From assembly GCA_963718915.1 (NCBI GenBank), contig CAVRAI010000014.1:90001-122000 (forward strand): 32,000 bases of DNA, read 5' to 3'. Below are positions 25,769 through 32,000 of this stretch, piece after piece (the stretch's first letter is position 1; each line of letters starts with the position of its first letter). The notes under the pieces are model-generated. The model did not search any database and was not told the DNA's origin. It saw only the letters and a list, made by a program, of their open reading frames with translations. Source of the stretch: an uncultured Chloroflexia bacterium (lineage in GTDB: Bacteria > Chloroflexota > Ktedonobacteria > Ktedonobacterales > JADMIN01). The translations under genes were made by a program, and so were the position numbers.

Positions 25769-27415
25769 ATGCCAATACACAAGCGCCGTGGCGCCGACCT
25801 GCTGATGCATCTCGACCGGTCGATCGCGGGCGACGGGTTGACGCGCCAGATCTATACGCAACTCCGCGCCGCGATTCTCGACGGGCGGCTGCGTGCGGGC
25901 GACCGGCTGCCACCCAGTCGCGACCTGGCGCGCGATCTCGGCGTGGCCCGGCTGACGGTGGCGACCGCCTACGAATGGCTGGGCGCCGAAGGGTACGTCT
26001 ATGGCCGTGTGGGCGCGGGCACATTTGTCGCGGCGGTCTTCGCCGAGCCAGCGCTGACCCTGCCCGCCGCCTCAAGCGCGCCACGATCCCATCATGTCTC
26101 GCCAGCCCGATCCGACGCCGCCCCGACGATACAGGAGCCGCCTGTCCCGCTCTCGAGCTGGGCGCGCCGCATCGCCACCATTCCGCTCGCGGGCATCAGT
26201 CCCGCCGAGAGCGCCGCCTGCATGTGGGATATGCGCCCGAGTGTTGGCGCGGCGGATGCCTTCCCCTGGGCGCGTTGGCGCCGAACTGTTGGCTGGCCCG
26301 ATCCGCTGGCGGGTGATGCGCCTCCGGCCAGCGCCATGCTGTCCTCCGCCACAGCATCCAACTACTGGGACGCCCTGCTTGGCCCGCTGGAGACGCGCGA
26401 GGCCATCGCCGCGTGGCTGCGCCGCTCGCGGGCGGTGCGCTGCGTGCCGGAACAGATTCTGGTGGCGGGCAGCGTGCAGCAGATGCTTGCCCTGCTGGCG
26501 CGGCTGCTGATCGAGCCGGGACAGCAACTCCTGGTCGAAGACCCCAGCTATGTCGGCTTCCACGCGGCGTTTCTGGCGGAGGGAGCCGTGCTGTCGGGCA
26601 TGCTGGTGGATGAACACGGCCTGCGGGTGGAGGCGCTGCCCGCAAGCGACCGTGAAGAACGTGAAGGACATGACGAAAATGGAGTGGACAGCGCCACGCC
26701 ACGGCTGGCGATTGTCACGCCGTCGCACCAGTATCCCACCGGCGTAACGCTCACCCTGGAGCGGCGGGTTGCGCTGCTGGAATGGGCGCGGCGCGCGGGC
26801 GTGGTGCTGGTCGAGGACGACTACGACGGCGATCTGCGGCTCGAAGGGCAGCCGCTCGAAGCGTTGCGCGGGCTGGACGACCGCGACGAGGTGATCTATC
26901 TCGGCACCTTCGCCAAGGCGCTCTATCCCGCCGTGCGCCTGGGGTTCGCCGTCCTGCCACACTGGCTGATCGAGCCAGTAGCCCGCGCCCGCGCCGCCAG
27001 CGACCGGCATCCCGCCTGGCGCGACGCGATGGCCGTCGCCCGCTTCATCGAGGCGGGCGAGCTGGAACGTCACCTCGCCCGCATGCGGCGGCTCTATCGC
27101 GGGCGACGCGACGCGCTGACCGCCGCGCTGCGCGAGCATCTGGGCGACCTCGTCACCATCGGCCCGGCGGATGCGGGCATCCACCTGCTGGCGCGGCTGC
27201 CCGACGGCGTGGACGATGTCGCGCTGGTTGATGAGGCCCAGCGGCACAGTATCGCCTGCATGCCACTCAGCCCGCACTACCAGGGGAGCGCGCGGCCCGG
27301 TCTGCTGCTGGGATTCGGCGGCATGTCCGAGGCGCGGCTGGCCGAGGGCGTGCGTCGGCTTGCGCCGCTGGTGCGCGAGGCGGTCGCCACGGCGGAGGGC
27401 GCCCACGCGCTATAA
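25769..27415 (+). CDS. MocR/PdxR-type regulator (GntR HTH fused to class-I aminotransferase-like PLP domain)
   Basis: Intact 548-aa ORF. LTRQIYTQLRAAILDGRLRAGDRLPPSRDLARDLGVARLTVATAYEWLGAEGYVYGRVGAGTFV is a GntR winged HTH. The remaining ~400 aa are aminotransferase-like (..TPSHQYPTGVTL.., ..YLGTFAKALYPAVRLGF.. with candidate PLP Lys). Confidence 0.9.
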   Translation: MPIHKRRGADLLMHLDRSIAGDGLTRQIYTQLRAAILDGRLRAGDRLPPSRDLARDLGVARLTVATAYEWLGAEGYVYGRVGAGTFVAAVFAEPALTLPAASSAPRSHHVSPARSDAAPTIQEPPVPLSSWARRIATIPLAGISPAESAACMWDMRPSVGAADAFPWARWRRTVGWPDPLAGDAPPASAMLSSATASNYWDALLGPLETREAIAAWLRRSRAVRCVPEQILVAGSVQQMLALLARLLIEPGQQLLVEDPSYVGFHAAFLAEGAVLSGMLVDEHGLRVEALPASDREEREGHDENGVDSATPRLAIVTPSHQYPTGVTLTLERRVALLEWARRAGVVLVEDDYDGDLRLEGQPLEALRGLDDRDEVIYLGTFAKALYPAVRLGFAVLPHWLIEPVARARAASDRHPAWRDAMAVARFIEAGELERHLARMRRLYRGRRDALTAALREHLGDLVTIGPADAGIHLLARLPDGVDDVALVDEAQRHSIACMPLSPHYQGSARPGLLLGFGGMSEARLAEGVRRLAPLVREAVATAEGAHAL

Positions 27416-27469
27416 TGCAAAAACAGCGCGGAACGCGCCAGGCGCATACGGGGAGAGAGACGCCGCATG

Positions 27470-28528
27470 GATGTTCGACCAGAGCGGAACGAGCAGGAAC
27501 AGCCGGAGTCCGCGACAGTATCCGTGGAATAGCGAGTGGGGGACGATTCCGCCACCGCCGCCGGAGCATGCCTCGCCCGACGCGCCTTCGACACCCGCTC
27601 AGACCGCGCAGCCCGTGCAATCGGGCGGCCCGCCAGCGCGACACCTGGCCTCATACGTCCCCTACATCGCCGAGCAGCGCGTCGCGGAGCAGCAGCAACA
27701 GCAGGCCAACCTGGGCCGCAGACTTAAGCGCAGACGCGGACACCAGCGGACGCGCGGGCATCGGCCGGGCGGAAGGATGCCGCGGGATGCGCGTCGGGCG
27801 CGGCCATCCTGGCGGTGCTCTCGAAGCTGGCGGTGGCGGGCAAGGTGCTGCTACCGTTCCTGAGCGCCGTCGCGAGCCTCGCCGCCTATGCATGGCTCTT
27901 CGGCTGGCAGTTCGGCCTGGGGATTCTCGTCCTGCTCTTCGCGCACGAGATGGGCCACTACATCATCATCCGCGCCAAGGGGCTACCGGCAAGCTGGCCC
28001 GTCTTCATCCCGCTGCTGGGCGCGTATGTCATGATGCGGCGCATGCCGACCAACGTGCGCGACGAGGCGGAGATCGCCATCGCGGGGCCGTTCGCGGGGG
28101 CGATGGCCAGCGCGCTCTGTTTCTGGCTCTATCACGTGACGGGGCTGACGGTGCTGCTGCCGCTAGCCTATTTCAGCTTCCTGATCAATCTGCTGAACCT
28201 GATTCCCGTCTCGCCACTGGATGGCGGGCGCATCGTCGGGGCCATCTCGCGCTGGATCTGGCCGATTGGCCTGGTCCTGCTGGGCATCGCCTTCCTCTAC
28301 ACGCACAGCATCCTGCTGATCATCCTGCTCTGGCTCGGCTTTCTGGAGACGATCAGCCGGTTCCGCATGGCGTCGATTGCTGGCTCCTATTACCGCATCC
28401 CGCTGCTCTCGCGCGCCTACATCACCATCTTCTACTTTGGGCTGGCCGCCGCCCTGGCCATCGGCATGTTCGCCACCGAGGGCATCATGGCCGCGCAGCT
28501 AGCGGGTCGGTCAATCTTCGGAAGCTAG
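27470..28528 (+). CDS. M50 (site-2 protease family) zinc metalloprotease; N-terminal Pro/Gln-rich region joined by one frame break near 27767-27770
   Basis: The core ORF 27815-28528 has HEMGH and NLLNLIPVSPLDGGR. Its frame is open upstream to 27728 (..GAAILAVLSKLAVAGKVLL). An ATG at 27470 behind GGGGAGAGAG opens MFDQSG..PPPPPEH..QQQQQANLGRRLKRRRG in another frame. The core is high confidence; the N-terminal join is moderate. Confidence 0.7.
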
Positions 28529-29406
28529 CCCACGTTCACGATTTTTCCTGCGCGCACTGTTGCTAGAAAGCGCCGCCGCTGGCGAAGATAGAGATAGAAG
28601 TCGGCCCAGCTGAGGAAGCCCGCCGTGGCGAATCCATGGGCAATCGTCGCCGCAAGGATCGAGCGCCTGCCGTCTCTGCCGCGCGGCCATTGGTAGAGCG
28701 CGCCAAAAATCGCTCCGGCGAAGGTGACGCCCGCAATCGAGCGCCAGCTCCACTTGCCCAGGCGATGATACGCGCCAAAGACCGCCGTCGTCGCCGCCCA
28801 GCCCAGCAGGCCAGCTAAGTTGCCAATGCGTGGCACGCGCGCCAGCCCTCGCACCGCCAGATCCTGCAGGGCGCCGCGCCAGAAGAGCTCTTCGCCGGGC
28901 GCGTTGATCGCGAAGTAGAACAGCGTCTGCGTCAGTTGATCGGCGTCGGTGGGCAGGCGATAGCCCGGCGCGACCCATCCACGGAACGCGGCGGCCAGCC
29001 CCGCCAGCGGCACGCCGACGGCGATGCCAAGCAGCGTCTCGCGCCGCCAATTCTCGGAGGTAATGCCAATACCCTCCGGCCCGCGACCCGAAAGCCAGGC
29101 ATAGAGGCCCGCGCCAGCGAAGAATGGCAGCACCCGCCCGGCGGTATCCTTCCAGGCCCAGTTCCAGGTGTCGCGCACCGTATTGCGGGGGATGCTCGCG
29201 TCGAAGCGCGCCAGCCACTCCGCCTCGTGCGCCGCGCTTGCGCTTGCCGCGCCTGACACGACGGGGACGACTGGAATATCGGAGGGCGCTGCGGCGGCGG
29301 TATTATTCAGGGTGTTGTCCGGGGTGTTGTCCGAAGTGTCGTCCGGGGAGGGATCAGCGGTTGCGTCTGTCGTCATATGCTCAACATGTCCATTCAGGAT
29401 GTCCAT
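28525..29406 (-). CDS. CPBP family intramembrane glutamic endopeptidase (CAAX protease/Abi-like)
   Basis: Intact 293-aa ORF with APGEELFWRGAL (EExxxR), AVFGAYH (FxxxH) and TIAHGFATAG. The start may be ATG 29376 (MTTDATAD) rather than 29406. Its stop overlaps the M50 stop. Confidence 0.8.
   Translation of the reverse strand: MDILNGHVEHMTTDATADPSPDDTSDNTPDNTLNNTAAAAPSDIPVVPVVSGAASASAAHEAEWLARFDASIPRNTVRDTWNWAWKDTAGRVLPFFAGAGLYAWLSGRGPEGIGITSENWRRETLLGIAVGVPLAGLAAAFRGWVAPGYRLPTDADQLTQTLFYFAINAPGEELFWRGALQDLAVRGLARVPRIGNLAGLLGWAATTAVFGAYHRLGKWSWRSIAGVTFAGAIFGALYQWPRGRDGRRSILAATIAHGFATAGFLSWADFYLYLRQRRRFLATVRAGKIVNVG
29310..29345. repeat. 12-bp tandem repeat x3 (third degenerate), in-frame inside the CPBP N-terminus
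   Basis: gggtgttgtccg gggtgttgtccg aagtgtcgtccg encodes ..SDNTPDNT.. on the minus strand. Confidence 0.7.
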
Positions 29407-29411
29407 TCAGG
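29386..29411. repeat. perfect 13-bp tandem duplication spanning the annotated CPBP start codon
   Basis: atgtccattcagg atgtccattcagg. Each unit carries an ATG on the minus strand. Confidence 0.8.
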
Positions 29412-29634
29412 GTGGCCAAACGCTATAGCGCCACAATGCCACAATGTCATATATGCGCCAGCCATGTGCTCTGGTATCCTTTGATTGTACGCGATTGCGC
29501 CAGGGGCGAACTGTCAATACACGCCTTTTGGTATGTTTGTGTGCTATTTTGCGGACAAGACTTGCGCGACGCGATACAATAGCACCACACGACTCCAGCC
29601 TGCCTCGCCTGGCATTGAGAAACGTCTGAGCATC

Positions 29635-29670
29635 GCACCGAATCCAGCACCGAATCCAGCACCGAATCCA
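29635..29670. repeat. perfect 12-bp tandem repeat x3 upstream of the pseudokinase gene
   Basis: gcaccgaatcca x3 ends 43 nt before ATG 29713. It is in-frame with the CDS (would read APNPAPNPAPNP). Confidence 0.8.
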
Positions 29671-29712
29671 AAGGCACGGCGTGGTGGATGTTCGCGGGGG
29701 GTAGATAAACTC

Positions 29713-32000
29713 ATGCAGTGTCCGCAATGTGGAATGATGAATCCGCCGGGCCAGGATGTATGCGCCCGGTGCGGCAGCCCGCTGTTTCCCGCGCGCCCAG
29801 ACTACGGCGGCGCGCGCAACGCAGGCGCGTACGGCGGACAGAACTGGCCGGGATATCCTGCCGGGGAGAATGAACCAGTCGATGGGGTCTGGCGCGAAGA
29901 GTGGCCCGCGCTGGGCGGCCAACCAGCGCAGGCGCCGCTGCCACCCTGGCTCGCGTCGGAGGGCAATGGCAATCCGCCATCGTCGCAGATGCCCTCTGGC
30001 CCATTCGCCCCCGCCCAGCAGAACAACGGCTGGAATGCGCCACCCGCCTCGGGTCCATTCGGTTCGGAGTACCCCTCGCACTACCCGCCGCAGAGTCCGC
30101 CGCAGAGTCCGCAGCACTATCCGCCGCAACGCCGCCGCAAGCGCCCTCGCAGTATCCGTCATACTACGGGGTTGACTCAGAGCAGCTCAATCAGCGCGGC
30201 GCGCCACAGCAGCAGATGCCGCCGATGCCGCCAATGTTCATGGTGAATCCGCCCGACGTCTATCCTCCAGACGCTGCGCTCGCTCCCTATGGAGTATCCC
30301 CAAATAACGCGCTCTCAATACCGCCTCCGGCGCCTATGGTTCCAGCGCCCGCGGCCCCATCACTCGCGCTGGCGTACACGCTTACGCCAGGCACAGCGCT
30401 CAAGAACGGACGCTATCGCATCATCCAGCGGTTCTCTGGCGGGTCAACGGGCAGTGACACCGAGCTACCGCTGATGGTTGCCACGGATACCGAGCTACCC
30501 AATGAGCGTGTCCTCGTCCAGGAGCTACCACTGACGTCGATGCATCCCGAAGACGCCGAGTATATCCGGCATGGCGTCATCGACCGGCTGGATAGTCGCT
30601 CCCGTATGCCCGGCATCGCGCATCTGCGTGATAGCTTCGTGGAACAACGCCGTAGCTTTCTGGTCTTTGAGCTACCCTCTGGGGATCGCCTGCTCGACCG
30701 TCTGCGGCGCGCGCATGGGCCGCTGCCCGAAACTACCGTTATTGGCATCGTGTTGCAGATACTTGATATCCTCTCCGCGCTGGAGCACAGCCCGGTGCCA
30801 ATCATTCACGGCAACATCTCCCCGGCGAATATCCTGCTACGGCCCGGTGGCCAGGTCGTGCTGGTAGGTTTCTCGCCCACGCTGCTGATCTATCCGACGG
30901 GACAGGTGACGAATGGGCCAGCGGGCACGCTGAGCGCCTACTCCGCCCCGGAACAGGCGCGTGGTACGGCAGACGTCCGCTCCGATCTCTATGCCACCTG
31001 CGCGGTGATGCACTACGCGGTCACGGGCGCCGAGCCTGTTGGACGTATGTTCCCGCTGGCGCGCCACGCCAATCCCGCGGTCTCCCTGGAATTGGAGGAT
31101 ATTCTTGGACAGGGTCTGCGCCCCTCGCCGAGCCAGCGTTACCAATCGCCCGAAGCGCTCCGTGAGGCGCTGGCGCCGCTGGCGTCTGGTAAGCGCTTGA
31201 CGCACATTGACGAAGAACTGGATCCTGATAGCCCAACAGGACTGCGACTGGTACGCGACGCGCAGGGCCGATTGGTTGGCCCGCGACAGCGCTTGACGCA
31301 GAATCCGCTCTTCTTCGTCACCATCGTCCTGATACTGGTGGCGTTGCTTGGCGGCGGCGTTTTCTATGCGCTGCAACCCCATACGTCCGCTCCGGCCACC
31401 TCCCCGCAGACGCTCACCAGCGCCTTTGCGTCGTACTATCAGTCCAGTGGAATCGGCCTGAGCGGCGGGGAGTTCGTCTTCGATTCCCAGCAGCCTGACT
31501 ATGCGCTCAAACAGGCGGGCGCTCTGGCGTTGGGATCAGGCGATGTCAAAGGCGCGCTCGCGGCGTATCAGAAGGCGGTGACGAGCCAGCCCAATGATGT
31601 TGAAGCGCTCATCTACGCCGCCGACCTGCAGATCCTGGCGGACAAAGCGCCGTACGTGACCGTGATTGCTGGCGTGGCGTTCGGCTCAGATGATGATGCT
31701 GACAACGCTGACTCCGAAGACTTTGATCCCGCGCGCTACGAGTTGCAGGGTATTTATCTGGCGCAGCAGCGTTTCAATCAGTCTTCTACATCGACGGAAC
31801 ATGTGCGGCTGCGTGTGCTGATCCTCAATTCTGGCAAAAATCCATCCGATGCCCAGCTTGCCTCGACGCTGATGCTCGATCAGATCCATAAGGGCAACGT
31901 CCAGAATATTGTCGGCATTATCGGCTGGCCAGAGTCGAATCAGAGCCGTCTGGCGATGGCGGCGCTGGGCGCGTCGGGGCTTCCGCTGATCTCACCGATT
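29713..32000 (+). CDS. zinc-ribbon / Ser-Thr-kinase-like pseudokinase / TM / periplasmic-binding-protein type-1 receptor (one frame break ~30125-30131; 3' end beyond window)
   Basis: MQCPQCGMMNPPGQDVCARCGSPL is a CxxC..CxxC ribbon, followed by a P/Q-rich linker (ORF 29485-30246). The frame starting at 30132 is open to 32000 and is not in the track. It contains a kinase-like domain (..GRYRIIQRF..VLVQEL..IIHGNISPANILL..VGFS..YSAPEQ..SDLYA..). A TM segment LFFVTIVLILVALLGGGVFYAL follows, then a LivK-like domain (..VTVIAGVAFG..LQGIYLAQQ..IVGIIGWPESNQS..). Confidence 0.75.

Noticed and set aside
26072-27406. 444-aa ORF antisense to the MocR gene, and several 60-170-aa ORFs in the same region
   Set aside because: MocR is intact with both domains recognisable. 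The antisense and off-frame ORFs are Arg/Gly/Ala/Pro-rich high-GC artefacts.
27415-28566. 383-aa plus-strand ORF overlapping the M50 protease
   Set aside because: It is off-frame relative to the HEMGH / NxxPxxxLDG-containing frame and its sequence is Arg/Gly/Ala-rich.
29310-29670. Possible CRISPR array, considered because several short direct repeats occur close together
   Set aside because: The repeats are 8-13 bp, directly abutting, of four unrelated sequences, with no spacers. This is not CRISPR architecture. No cas genes are in the window.
1-32000. Search for tRNA, rRNA, tmRNA, retron/DGR reverse transcriptase, integrase and toxin-antitoxin pairs
   Set aside because: No T-loop/anticodon-arm-like sequences occur in any spacer. 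There are no rRNA-like stretches. There are no RT, integrase or small paired ORFs with recognisable TA motifs.

Overview
This is a high-GC bacterial chromosomal window. My guess is a Chloroflexota/Ktedonobacteria-like or actinobacterial host, which I cannot verify here. It holds about 25 protein-coding loci and one intact IS982-like insertion sequence. I found no rRNA, tRNA or CRISPR. All domain calls come from reading motifs in the translations, not from HMM or BLAST searches.

The visibly lower-GC block at about 3.1-12 kb looks accessory. It is built around two paralogous cassettes. Each encodes a membrane-tethered fusion of an XRE helix-turn-helix, three TM helices and a family-5 solute-binding domain. 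The copy at 3737-6175 is intact; the copy at 8234-10687 is broken by 4 frameshifts. Each is preceded by a conserved divergent control region with CGACAA repeats and a small TM ORF. In the second cassette the divergent unit encodes a receptor-like TIR protein (cytoplasmic TIR, one TM, outward NTF2-like domain) and a lipoprotein carrying a paralogue of that outward domain. This TIR / XRE-SBP neighbourhood is my best candidate for an undescribed signalling or defence system.

The remaining genes are:
- a metallophosphoesterase (partial)
- a DDAH/arginine-deiminase-fold enzyme
- two copies of a stand-alone polytopic sensor-like membrane domain
- a VIT1/CCC1 transporter
- a GT39 glycosyltransferase
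- a redox operon (FNR-like reductase with 2Fe-2S domain, ApbE flavin transferase, ferric-reductase-like haem membrane protein)
- a GDPD phosphodiesterase
- an MFS transporter
- a PQQ-like beta-propeller lipoprotein
- a GNAT acetyltransferase
- a divergent MocR regulator / PNPOx-family pair
- M50 and CPBP intramembrane proteases
- a zinc-ribbon / pseudokinase / TM / PBP1 receptor that runs off the 3' edge

One global oddity stands out. At least 25 frame breaks and one TGG->TAG nonsense codon interrupt about 12 genes, while interleaved genes of up to 2.4 kb are intact. This could be indel error or real gene decay, and the sequence alone cannot decide.
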